From: Chrysomallon squamiferum
Lineage: Eukaryota > Animalia > Mollusca
Assembly: GCA_012295275.1 (NCBI GenBank)
Contig: CM022665.1
Coordinates: 17,484,001 to 17,548,000 of the forward strand
DNA length: 64,000 bases
Direction of reading: 5' to 3'
The notes beneath the pieces were generated by a model, which saw only the letters and a list, made by a program, of their open reading frames with translations, did no database searches and was not told where the DNA came from. Positions 15,272 to 27,190 of this stretch are shown here, in pieces; within the stretch, counting starts at the first letter, position 1, and each line of letters opens with the position of its first letter. The translations under genes and the position numbers were made by a program.

Positions 15272-15877
15272 TGCAAAGATAACATATTTTATCCTATCAC
15301 TTATGTCTTCAGAAGAAGAGTAGTTTTGAGGCATCATGTAAAGAAAATAAAAAAAAACTTTGAATAGAAAAACTTGATTCATATGATTAAAATACACAAG
15401 ATAAATATTATATTAAAAAATAAAAAATATCATCCCCCAAAAATGTAAAAAAATTAAAAATAATAATAAAATTCAAGAAAATGAATGTGTTGATTCACAA
15501 GTGTCTGTATTTTATCTATACATTGTAAACAGTATATTACAAATTTCATTATTTTATAGACAATTATATCTATCTACATAAAAATTCTTAAAGATGATAA
15601 TAAAAATGAAAAACTACCTTCAGCAAGCAGTTCATTTTTGTTTCTGTTTCTGATTCATGATTTTTTTCTTGGATAGAATCTAAATTTTTTTTAAAAGTGC
15701 TTGATCAACCTTTAATCCACATTCTGAACAGAACTTTACACCAATTTTCAGATCATTTCCACATGCACATTTAATAGTGTTAATAGGTTCTGCATCAGAT
15801 ACAACTTCCTGACCACAGTTGGAACAGAACTTAGAATTAGCTGAAAGTTCTGCCTTGCAAGAACAACACACCTTCAT
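104..15877 (-). CDS. RNF213: RNF213/mysterin-like gene, paralogue A: 5' portion (ATG at 15877; continues beyond the left edge)
   Basis: N-terminal FCSxCG zinc ribbons, KKKKRKKK patch, then VTVVFHV, YKYV..WE..Y..NR, WHQYDG, WLYMLPLYHFL..WWGL in RNF213 order; splice phases are compatible. Confidence 0.85.
1384..1468 (-). CDS. Tentative paralogue A exon
   Basis: Donor CAG|gtgaat; reads NETVALVCFERSYQPVNCFFVEAIYILS only if one T is added to a T6 run. An extra phase-2 exon near 2143-2230 may precede it. Confidence 0.35.
2670..2874 (-). CDS. RNF213: Paralogue A exon
   Basis: PVQNVIKDLEFMFEADYLLPRS..; GT-AG, phase fits. Confidence 0.8.
3700..3963 (-). CDS. RNF213: Paralogue A exon
   Basis: WLYMLPLYHFL..PF..WWGL motif; GT-AG. 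Confidence 0.85.
4809..5068 (-). CDS. RNF213: Paralogue A exon
   Basis: Within ORF 4805-5089; tttttcag acceptor, gtaag donor, phases fit. Confidence 0.8.
5565..5854 (-). CDS. RNF213: Paralogue A exon
   Basis: EWHQYDGFVY resembles human DWHQYYDIVY; open frame to a gtaag donor. Confidence 0.85.
6150..6580. mobile_element. Decayed RTE-like LINE fragments in an intron
   Basis: Minus ORF K..LVYFGNILR..K..M.RK resembles the RTE ORF2 C-terminal YFGHI.R motif; DTRIP on the plus strand. Confidence 0.35.
8568..8770 (-). CDS. RNF213: Paralogue A exon
   Basis: FKYKYVF..WECVY..NR resembles human YKYVI..YEFIY..NR; GT-AG. Confidence 0.85.
10373..11021. mobile_element. Non-autonomous Tc1/mariner-superfamily (Tc2/pogo-like) MITE, ~650 bp
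   Basis: 25-bp TIRs CCGTATATACTTGTGTATAAGTCGA / TCGCCTTGTACACAAATATATACGG (3 mismatches), flanked by TA on both sides; no ORF. Confidence 0.85.
11148..11291 (-). CDS. RNF213: Paralogue A exon, start of N-arm/CBM20-like region
   Basis: SHADRVTVVFHVLVHG..LYIAFG..W resembles human GVTVFFHAII..W; GT-AG. Confidence 0.85.
12193..12236 (-). CDS. RNF213: Paralogue A short exon (KTESNQTRNAKIVT)
   Basis: tttcag acceptor, gtaggt donor; phase 0/2 fits both neighbours. Confidence 0.65.
13408..15157 (-). CDS. RNF213: Paralogue A large low-complexity exon with internal repeats
   Basis: ORF pieces 14627-15163, 13658-13876 and 13324-13758 link through frameshifts; KKKKRKKK motif; donor AAG|gtatca at 13407. 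Confidence 0.7.
13820..14640. repeat. Coding tandem repeat, ~4 imperfect copies of 200-290 bp
   Basis: ctgatca.tgataggtt..ttatcttcagacttaactg..ctttcccaggatgtg recurs at ~13884, 14173 and 14398, partially at 14593. Confidence 0.9.
15220..15270. repeat. (TG)n microsatellite
   Basis: Pure TG tract; similar tracts at 2621-2642, 6014-6044 and 19252-19291. Confidence 0.95.
15618..15877 (-). CDS. RNF213: Paralogue A first coding exon: double zinc ribbon
   Basis: MKVCCSC..FCSNCG..CACG..FCSECG; acceptor tttcag at 15886 and donor AAG|gtag at 15617. Adding one A to the A8 run (15685-15692) opens the frame to the donor. Confidence 0.8.
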
Positions 15878-16002
15878 AGTTGTTTCTGAAAGAAAAAAGT
15901 TACCTGGATATATAATTTGATATTTGGGAGGGTTATTTATTTATTTATTTATTTTTTATTATGTCATTTTTATTTTATTTTATTCATTCATTATTAATAC
16001 TA

Positions 16003-16039
<37 letters not shown>

Positions 16040-16249
16040 TAATTAGAAAAAATGATCTAAAATTAATATTTAAAATAAATGAAAAATCATGGATACATTT
16101 ATCTAAATTAACCAAATTTAAATTATATTTTCATTGTATTTTGAGACTTTATCAAACTAAGTTTTCAAAAACAAAGTGTTTATAAACCCTTATTGCCAAT
16201 GCAAACAAATTTAAAAAATTTTCTGTTTTGTTAGTTCAGATATTAAAGG

Positions 16250-16286
<37 letters not shown>

Positions 16287-17196
16287 CTTTTTTATTATTA
16301 TTATTATTATTATTATTTTTTTTTTTTTTTTTTTTATAGTTTTTTTTTTCTTTTTCAAAACTGCCCTTAACAAGTAACTGTAAGAAGATTACTACTTGTA
16401 CTATTTATATTTATGAAAAATTAAATTAAAATATAGGACATATTTAATTGACAAGCCATTTTTTCAAATATGTTGGGGTTTTTTTTTTTTTTTTTTTTTT
16501 AAATTTTAAAAGATTCATGTCTTTATTTAATACTGAATTATTATTTTGAAAGAATGTTTTTGTTTGTTAAATTACTTTTAAAATTATATAAAATATATTT
16601 GAATGTAATAAAAAAAATAACAATCAAACTATGATAAAATGAGTTTTAAAAATTAATAAAGATGAAACATACATTTTACAAGTACTTTATCATTTGATGA
16701 TAATAAAAAAAATTGTTCCAAAAAGCATCCTATCACGTGTTTTATTGCTGATTTTTACTGATGTGAATACTGGAACTTTCATTAGATTATGTTAAAAATT
16801 AACCAATCTAATTCGGTTACTAAATCAAACTTATAAGTGAAGTGTATATTTATAAATTAATGGTACTCAGCGTTAATTTTAAATTTTTTTCTACATGATG
16901 CTACTAATTTTCTTTTATTTCAAAATAAATACAAACATAAATGGATATAATATTAGGATTTTTTCCAAAACAATTTAACTAAAATAAAAAGGTTACCTTT
17001 TATGATCTTCCTTCATGTGTTTAGTCTTTCATAATATTATTTCTGGAATACATTACATTAACTAACTACCAGTTATCTTATAAATGTCAAAATATTTTAA
17101 TAAAATTAACCAAATAAATGTGGTAGACTGATAACATACACATTAAAAGAGCTAACCTGAAATTACATTCTCATGTAGTTCTGTTCTGTGTTCATG

Positions 17197-17219
17197 TTCC
17201 TTGAACTGAAAGTGAAATT
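17197..17219 (+). promoter_or_regulatory. GAS+ISRE-like composite site
   Basis: TTCCTTGAA ct GAAAGTGAAATT. Confidence 0.5.
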
Positions 17220-17283
17220 TGGATTAAATAATTTTATCAGTTTTTACAGTACTCAAAGTCAGCCACTGATGAATCAGGAAGTT

Positions 17284-17306
17284 TTCTTGGAATTGAAAGT
17301 GAAACT
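17284..17306 (+). promoter_or_regulatory. GAS+ISRE composite site
   Basis: TTCTTGGAA tt GAAAGTGAAACT; both halves match consensus. Confidence 0.55.
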
Positions 17307-17819
17307 TGGATTAATAATATATTTCAAAATAAAAATTTCCAGAAAACTTAACAGTAAATTTCAGTGTCATTAAAAGAAATGATCACTATTCATCATGTTT
17401 AGTTTTAAAAACAATCATAATAACATGACAGTTTATCAATCAACAGATAATGGTTTTTAAATTTTGCTGATACTAATATCTACAAAATAAATATTATCAC
17501 AATTATTAAAAAGCATTTACATAACTTTATATAACCAGTATGTTAAAAAGCATTTAAAACTATGTTAACAAACTCTATTCTGTAATAAATTTCTTACTGC
17601 ACAAAGTATAAATCCTATGATGTTCTGTTAAATATATATTTAAATATAATTAATAACTTTCATCTATTTTACTTTGTTGTTGTTTTGTTTTTTAAGTTTT
17701 AAAATTGCGTTTTCATTTTATTTACCAGTACACAGTCGACTTTTTATTCATTTTATGATTCAGTTATTTTTACACCAAACTTGTATATTTATTTGCCTGA
17801 AGCATATTTCAGATTTTTA

Positions 17820-18213
17820 TAATATGTCCCTAACTTGCACATGGAATAGCACGAACAAAACCAGGAATAACAAACAAAGTTCTAGTTTTAATGATTATCA
17901 GTAGTAAACTCATTTGATTTTGCCGTAAGGCATAACGCCGTTTTCTCTTTTAAATGTATTTTATAAATAAACGGAAACAATATCATGTTTTACATTCATA
18001 TTTGGTTTTGTTATTTAATTTTTCAAAATATTTTATACGATAAAATTATATTTTTCAAATGAAAGTTCATTTTTATTTTTTTTTTTTTTTTTTTTTGTAT
18101 CCCGATTAAAATGAATATTGTGTAAAATGGCCTCTTCTAAGAAAGTTACCTATGTATAAGTAGACTGAAAAATATTACTTAATTAGTCTCCCAAAATTAC
18201 TACTATACTAGTA
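17820..18213 (-). mobile_element. Degenerate inverted partial copy of the 10373-11021 MITE
   Basis: 17925-18060 and 18145-18200 are reverse complements of 10540-10686 and 10398-10453. Confidence 0.75.
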
Positions 18214-18559
18214 TTATTATTAAAATCATTCATCTATTTTAATTTGTTGTTTTGTTTTGTTTTACTGTTGTGTTTTCATTTATTTATCAAAGTACACAGA
18301 TTTTTAAAATTTTATGATTCAGTTATAAACCAAACTATATTTATTTTTCTGAAGCATTTTTATTTTTAATAATCCCTGACTTATTAAAGAATTATTTCTA
18401 GTGGCAAACAAAGTTCCTAGTTTTTCGATTATCAGTAATAAATTCATTTGATTTTTGGAATCGAAAGTGAATGTCACTCTTAAACATTTTATAAAACCAA
18501 ACACGTATCCAGACATTTCTTGATTATAATAAAAACAATAGTGCGCGTCATATGCTGTT

Positions 18560-18590
<31 letters not shown>

Positions 18591-19249
18591 CAAATTGTCA
18601 AATGAATCTTGATAAATCCTCTTCTTGGTCAAAATTAAAACTGAAAATTATTATTATGAATTTTACGTTTATTAATAAAATCATTATTTGATCAAAGTTT
18701 TGATCTGGTCTTAAGTCATTTCTTAAAGATCCTATAAATGATTTGCATTAAAACATCGAATAAATATGTTTTAAATTGTTATTTTAAAATATTTTAATCT
18801 AATAATTTTCTTAATTATTGAAACCAAACATTGGGAATTAATTATACTGACAAGAGTAACGTGTCCTTTTAAGTTTTTTTTTTTTTTTTTTTTCATTTTT
18901 TTTCCACAAAACGTCATTTCTTTCCTTTCAAAATTTCCAAATTATTTTCGAATTTAAAACGGTTTACAAATATTTATTTGAATTAAATTTTTACGAGGTC
19001 TTACCCATTTTTAAAAATCTTTATAAATTATTTTTGGACAATTAAAACAGACTCGAGTAAATAATGTTTTATTTTTGATCTATTCAAACGACATAATTTT
19101 ATGTTTACTCGTGAAAACGAAAGGTCATATCTGTATGCACCATTAAAGATTTCATTGAAAAATTGTATTCATCCTTTGAATGACTTAGGCAAGCGACATT
19201 TGATTTTCCAGAACGACGTGCCTTTTTTATTTTCATTAACCGCACAGAC

Positions 19250-19293
<44 letters not shown>

Positions 19294-22200
19294 CTAAAAT
19301 AAAAGTAAAAGCTATTATAAAACATTTATTAAACTTCTAAAGTAGGAAAGCATGAACTATATCAGTGAAATAAAATTATGATATAATTTTCACTCTGGGG
19401 TATAATTATAAATTAGTATCCAAACATTCATTGCATGGTCCAAATAAAGGAAATCGTAATAATTATTTTGGTCAAAATGTTTTAGTTTTTCTTTCCATTG
19501 AAAATGATGACATATTCCTCTTTTTCTATCTGTGGTCCACAGAGTCATCTGAATCTGTTTCAAATGTCTCATCTCTTTCATTGTGTGGATTCATGGTTTT
19601 AAAATGTAATAAAATTACAAAGTATAAGAGAATAGAATCTTAACTGAGTAGAATATTATTTGCCAAAAATGCTACATACTAAAATGTTAATTAAACAATT
19701 AACAAATCCCAAACATAAATTCTGACATTGAGTCTCTTTAATCTGAGCCCTGTTTTCTCTTAGTCTACAGGTGCATCCATAAGTTCAATACACTCATAGG
19801 AGTCCTTTTTGAAAAGGTACAGAAATTGCAACATATCCAGACAATTTTTCTGTTAAGAAATTTAAAGAAAAAAATGTGCCTGGATCTGTCAATCTTTGTG
19901 AAAGAGCCTATTGTATGAAAGGTGATGATTTTTGTTGCATTTTTGGGGCCTGAAATTTCTAAAAGGCAAATCTGAAAATGGACCAACTTAATCCTAAACC
20001 GTAGTCAAAGGAATCAAATTCAAGAAATTTTATGCAATATTTAAATATTTTCAGAATAATATGCAATATTTTTCTTCTTTTTAATTTTAATTTTTTTATT
20101 ATTATTATTTTTTTTTTTTTTTACTTTATTCCTCCCATTATTTCCATTATATTGGGGTTTATCGGTATGCCTGTGGAGAAAAAAGTATTTTATGCTGAGC
20201 GACCAACAAGTATAAACATTGACCACTGACTAAATATTATTCTATTAATATCTTGTTAATAAAACAAATTCTTTGATTAAGTATACTTCATAGAATGAAA
20301 GTAATATCTAAAATCTTGTCACTTATTTGGAAAAATTGATTAGTTTCCAAGAGCTACTGATCATTTTCTGATTCATCTGCCATATTTTTAAATTTTTGTT
20401 TTACTAATAATAAATATGTTGTGTAATTATATTTTGTTTTCATTTAAATTAATTTCACAGCTCTGCATTGTTTCATCACATCTGCTGCTACTTACGTTAT
20501 TATTTTGCCAAAATATCTGTCAGTCATCACATACTGAAATAAAAGAATTAATATAACTCAGAAATATAATTATGATATGCATTATAAAAATAACATTCAG
20601 TAAATAAAATGTGTGTATCTGTGTGTATCTGTGTGCACCACTTTTTTTCTGTATATTTATCACACATTACAGAGTAACAGAAACTAAATATATGTGGTAT
20701 ATGAGGTCAAATGTTAACAAATTATTCCTTACTAATCACTGAAATACAAATTAGTATTATAAAAGTGAGATTATTATTAAGGCCTACTGAATTTCATTAT
20801 TTCTAAATATTGAGATGTATTACAGTTAATGCCAATAATTAATGATTGTTATAACAAATACAGTTACATATATGCATTTTATAGTTTCTTTGTCCTTATT
20901 ATCTTTCATATATTGTTAAATCAGTTATAGTGTTAGATGATAAAATAATATCATGTAAAATATTTTTCATAAATTAATTTGTTAGTATATTTATTTTATA
21001 TAAAAAATAATTTGCCTTGAAGCACATTAATTCTGTCTAGACACTAGAAAGAAATAACATCAAACAAGATATATATGCAATTAAAAGCCTGTTAGTCTAT
21101 GGACTGCAGCTGTGAAAAGTGTTATGGTTTGTTAAAAACTATTTTATTATAAATCTTATTATATGTATTATATATTCCTGCCACTAAATATGCAATTTTA
21201 ATATTCACACAGTCCAACATAATAGCTATTTCTGATATAATTTAATACAGTTAAAGTGTTTATGTAAGACAGCACAATTTAAATTAATTATAATTTAATG
21301 ATTTACATGTATGTGATAAAATAGTAATAAATTTACAAAAAAATGAATCTGCTCAGTTCTCTTTGAATTTTCTGATCACATTCTCTAATTTATAATATGA
21401 CTTTAAGCATTTATTTTCTGCTTTTAATATTAAATTTAAGTAAATATGAAAGATTATACCTTTTTTATTTGCTTTTTATTCATTTCAGCTATTGTAAAAC
21501 TGTATAGAACAATTGCTTGTGTGAAATAGTAATTACGTAGCTATCTGAGTATTTGATCAAAACATTAAATTTTTAGCTGTGTTGCTGAAGTCTAAATTAC
21601 CATCTTCTTTATAAACTTTTCAGTTTCTGAAAATTAATAGTTTTTGCAAATTTTTATATATTTAAATTGTAATTATTAAGTTATTACAAGGGAAATAACA
21701 GCAATATGAAACTGTTGTGCCCCTGCAAATTTGATCTATGTTAGTGGGCCTCCTGCTGAAAAGGCCTAATATAATATTAAAAACAATACATACGAAAATA
21801 CTTGAAAAAAATGTATTGCATTTAAAAATTATTGAAAAACTGAAAATGTGCCTGTAACGTCTGCTGGATTAATATAATGATTTACAAACTAGAAATTTTT
21901 ATCTTCTGAATTCTCTTTTTCATTTAACACTTATAGCGTTTTGTAATTTTATAAATAATAATCTAAAATACATTATGTATGTTTCATTTATTTGGTTTTG
22001 TGTGATGGTAAATGATAAAATATTTATTTATTTATATTTTTATCATCATCATCATTATTATCTCATTCAATATCATTATTAATATTATTATTGTTAGTAA
22101 TGGTAGTAGCAATAGTAAGGATCACAGGTTTTTTAAACCTCTAAAATAATTTCATTTTCACATAAATTTGGTAAATAAATCTCTGCTAGTTAAAAATCTG

Positions 22201-22310
22201 TCAGGAAATAATATGTGAACTAATGGTATGAGCCCTTAATTGTGGATAATCAATATATTTTGTAAAACTAATAATTCAAAAACTAATAAGAATAAAAAAA
22301 AAAAAAACAA

Positions 22311-22349
<39 letters not shown>

Positions 22350-23056
22350 GATAATAATAAAAAGAAAAGTATTTAATTTAATAAAATTTGAAATTAAAAC
22401 TGTTGGTAACAATTAAAGCAGAATGTCCGTAAAAATTTTATTTCCTTGTTTTTTTTAAATGACATAACAGCTGATTCTCAAGTTATACAGTATTATAACA
22501 GTTAGATTAATTACAAAATTTAATACTTTAGATTTAGCAACAAAAGAATTTATATAATAACTAAAACAAATTAAAAAATAACCAAGAAAATAAAAATTTA
22601 CTTATATGATTTTTTTCTTCACACTCCTTTACTCTTTAAATATTTTTTACATTTTTATATTCTTAATTAGCTTGACCAGACAATTCTGTTAGGAGCATCT
22701 TACAGTGTCCAAGGGTTCATAATTTGGATTAAAGAACCTATTTTAAGTTTGTAAATTTTGTATTGATATTTATCTTAATGTGTCTCTGTCAGGCCTGTTG
22801 CAAATTAAAGTGAAACTTCAGAATTGTGCAAAAAGGTTTACTTAAGCAGGAAAATAATATTACATTTGTAAATTTTCTGTCTTAAACAATAAGGTGTGCA
22901 CCTTTATTTTCTTTCATTTAAAAAAACAATAAAAAAAAAAAAAAAAAAAATAAAAAATAAAAACAACATCTTGTTTTAATAATATACTGGTTAAATTACC
23001 ATATACTCTATACATACTCATGATACCGCTGGCAGAAATCAAAGCAGCAGCATCAT

Positions 23057-23087
<31 letters not shown>

Positions 23088-23361
23088 AATAATGTTGTCA
23101 GAAATTTAATTTTAAAATTAAAATAATTAATTAAAAAAACACACACACACAAAAAACGAACTTACAGAATACAACATCGTCCCTTGAAAGCCTATACTTG
23201 AAGATTAATTTATTTAAGTGATTAATTCTTGTATTAATTTTTTATTCCTAAAAAGTGTATGAACTCTAACAAATAACAAAATGTTATTTATATTAAAACC
23301 TTGTTTCCACTTTCATGGTTTTCTAGCAGTTTTCTATTTCTGGATAAACTGACACATCTAT

Positions 23362-23384
23362 TTCCCAGAATTGAAAGTGAAACT
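23362..23384 (+). promoter_or_regulatory. GAS+ISRE composite site inside a dispersed repeat
   Basis: TTCCCAGAA tt GAAAGTGAAACT. Confidence 0.5.
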
Positions 23385-23490
23385 AAAATTTAATCAGAAA
23401 ATTAATTACAAGGGAAATAATAATAAGATGAGAGTTATGTGCCCTTGGATATTTCATAAGCCCAATCTTAACTCTTGAAAATAATAACAA

Positions 23491-23559
<69 letters not shown>

Positions 23560-23779
23560 GAAACCTAAGGTTTTAACCAGTATATTAAATTTTGTAGACA
23601 AGTTATTTGCTAGTCTGTAATTTTTATTTGTCGGCTAATATGGGGAGTAATGATATGAGGCCTTAATTAGGATAATTGATTTCTTTTTAAATAATAATAA
23701 TAATAATTAACTAATTAATTAATTAATTAATTAATTAATTAGTTAAAATATTAAAAAATTCAAAAAAAAAATCAAAAAA

Positions 23780-24310
23780 AAATCGATCCCACCATAAGTG
23801 GTCGTGTATAGTATATTCTCCTGCGTGAAAGAACAAAATGTGTTAATAAACTTTATAACGTGTATGCATGATTAGATATAGTCACATAGGACATACATTG
23901 TTTATTCGCATATATAACACAAATAAAAAAAAAAAAAAAAAAAAAAATCCTTTATTGGTGGACAAAAATAGATTGATACATTACTTTATAAAAGAGTTGT
24001 ATTAATTTTACATTTTATTTAAAGGCGCTAAATAAAACAGATGAAGTAAATAATAAATTACATTAAAATTTATCTTCAGTAATTAATTAATTAAATAAAT
24101 AAATAAAAATAAGGAAGAAGAAGGAAAAAAAAGTCCGGAAGCAAATGCTGCTGCTATTATTACTGTCAATACATAATTACCTCTTTCTCTGTGAACAAAC
24201 TATCCAAATCAGTCGTCTGCCAAGATCAGCAGACGTGACTTCAAGGTGTGACGTAACATTAAAACCAGAGCGTATGCAATATTGTCCTTACTGATAATTC
24301 AAAATTTCCG
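23780..24310. promoter_or_regulatory. CpG-retaining promoter-like patch (duplicated at ~39830-40330)
   Basis: Local CpG excess, ETS-like CCGGAAG (24135), CRE-like TGACGTAA (24249), minus-strand donor AG|gtaatt at 24180. Confidence 0.35.
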
Positions 24311-24817
24311 AGTAAATAAATGTGTGCAGATTATTATTATTTATTATTGTTGTTGTTGTTGTTGTTGTTAGTAGTATGTATAGATATGGTTTTAACATTA
24401 TTTTCATCTTTCAGCCATTAAATGTTTTCTCCCATTTGTCATTCTTATATGTATGCAGTCAGCTGATAAAAATATGTGAATTATTATTCATAAGTGATTT
24501 TTGTCTGTTTATTGTTTGTATGTTTAGTTTGATGACTCAAGCAGAAAACAAATTATGCAGTTACCATTTCAAATGAAATAACTTATGGTAATTAAAAAAA
24601 GAAAATGCATATTAATAAAATATAAAATAGGAAGCCAAAGCCTGTTGTGCCCATAGTCATAAATCCGATACGTGTTAAAAGAAAACGATTCATTATTCAA
24701 AAGATTTGTATTTGGGAATGGATGTTTAAAATTATCATTGCTGTATTATGGAGAATAAATGTTTGTAATTTTAATTTAATTAATTTAATTTTGTTAGTTT
24801 TCTTTTTTCTTTCTTTC

Positions 24818-24859
<42 letters not shown>

Positions 24860-24901
24860 TCTTCTTTTTATATGTATGTATGTATGTATAATTAAAGTAT
24901 T

Positions 24902-24935
<34 letters not shown>

Positions 24936-26065
24936 ATGTTTGTCTGTTTGTATTTCTGTAACTAAGTCTTTTTTTTTTCTTACTTTCAAAATGCAGTAAA
25001 ATATTTTAATAACTATTTAAAAAAAAATTAGTAAATAATAAATAAATACAAATAATAACTTTAAAATATATATATATTTTTTTATTTAATTATATTTGTA
25101 TGTTTTCTTTCTTCTCTTTCATATATATGTATGCATGTATGTATGTATGATTTATTTTTCTCTAATATTCATTTGTTGTTAGGAATGACCTTTATTGCTT
25201 ATTAAAAAGTTAAATAATAAATATGTTAAATCATCAAAAAATAGAATAGCTAAAATTGATTTTTGTCGCCATGCAGGGTTTACCCAGATCACATCATATA
25301 AGCAATTCATGTACCAAACCATTTATCTGGTAAGACTGGGAGCAGGAGTTGTGGTGATTTCTGGATTTGTCAGATTTCAGGATAAAGGATAAAACTACTT
25401 AAAATATAAAATAAACAAAGAAAAATAAAGAAGAGATACAAATTAATATAATTCTAAACCAGGGTCTGTTTTACCTTCAATAATTACTTAAAATTCTTAA
25501 AATTCTTCTATAGATTATGCTTTTCACAAGCACGTTGCATTTCTGCAATTCTTCTAGACATGATAAAGGAAAATGAAATTAAAGTGAAAGAAAAAAATAT
25601 CTTGTTATGAGAGAATCACCTGTACACAGCAACATTTCTCTTGAACTGACTCAGCACAAACTAATAGAAAATACACCTAACTGAAAAGTAGTCTGTTAAA
25701 AAAATAGCTGGTTTTCTGCTTCCTCCAGATTTTGTTTGATGCCTGTAGTGTTTATAATATTAGCAGCAATTATTCTGATGTAATGTAGCTCTCGAATACA
25801 TCACAGTAACATAGTCAAAACATTTTAGGCTACAACAAATTTCTAATCAGTGATGTATAGAATCTTTATGATTCCAACTGAACCCAAACTTGATCACATG
25901 CTACCCAGTATCTAGTGTTTTTCTCTATATTTATTGTTTTTGTTTCAGTTTTCTCACTACTTTTTGATTTACTTTGATGTTCTTTGCAAATATTTTAATG
26001 GTGTTATAAAATGCCATTACATCAGCCTTTCTGATTATTTTCAGGATTTGTTCTAAACTGCACAT

Positions 26066-26240
26066 AATGAGATTTAGGTAAATAACAATATCTAAAATGC
26101 AAAGCCTAGTGTTTAGATAAATCTGAATATATGAAATACACAGCCTTGTGTTTAGATAAATCAGAATATATAAAATACATGGTCTAATGTTTAGATAAAT
26201 CACAATATCTAAAATACAGTCCAGTGTTTAGATATGTCAG
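26066..26240. repeat. ~39-bp minisatellite in D1
   Basis: tgtttagataaatc..aatat..aaatac repeated. Confidence 0.85.
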
Positions 26241-27151
26241 AATTTCAGTTGCTCAGTCTAGTCTTTAAGTAAACAAGAACAGAGATTTTAAGTATTTCTT
26301 TTATATTTTAATAAATATTTAATAATTATGTTTAAAGTTCTTTATAAATTAATGATTCATTCTGGTGAAAAGGAATGAAATATTAATAATACTGTTCTGA
26401 TCAGATTACTTAAGCAAATATTTATTTTCAGCCCTGAATAAATACAAAGGGAAGTGAAACAATAAAATATCATGCAGAGTCTACAATTGTTCTTCTTTTG
26501 ACATTCTATGATTTACAAATACAATTATTATATTTTAAATTAAGATTTCTGCTAATGTTTCTAGAGTTAATAACTTTTACTATTAAATTATATTTTATAT
26601 GTAATAAAATCTGACTTTTTCAGTCTGTATATAAGTTAGCTAAAACTAATTATTAAAACAACCAAATTATTTTTGTTCTATTTACAAATCTAATAAAATA
26701 TTTAAAAATAACTTTTCAAGATGCAGTTGGCCTACTTCCACCATTATTTTTCTATTATTCTATATTAATTAAATATCTTGACTAATTTAAAATGAAGCTA
26801 CAAGCCTATTCAGTAGAAATGATCCCATAAATATATTCTTGAACATTAATGTTGGCATTATAAAGATGCTTGAGTGTAGTCTATAAACTGAAATTTTATT
26901 ATTATTATTTATTTTCTTATTATCATTATTATTATGTTTATTTTCTTATATCATAATTAAGCCTGTTAAACAAGAATTCAGAGAGAACTGATGAAATATC
27001 CTTGGGCACACCAGTGTCTTTCTGCCATAATTTCCCTTGAAATTTTAAAATTAAACTTTACTTTGACTTTGAATTCATGGAAAATAGGTGAGTGAATTTA
27101 TTAACAATTAGCAAACTGCTAAATCCAGGAAAACTTGATATCATATTTATT

Positions 27152-27190
<39 letters not shown>

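Noticed and set aside
18460-19240. CpG-bearing stretch as a DNA transposon
   Set aside because: No convincing paired TIRs or TSD found by eye; sequence looks noisy.
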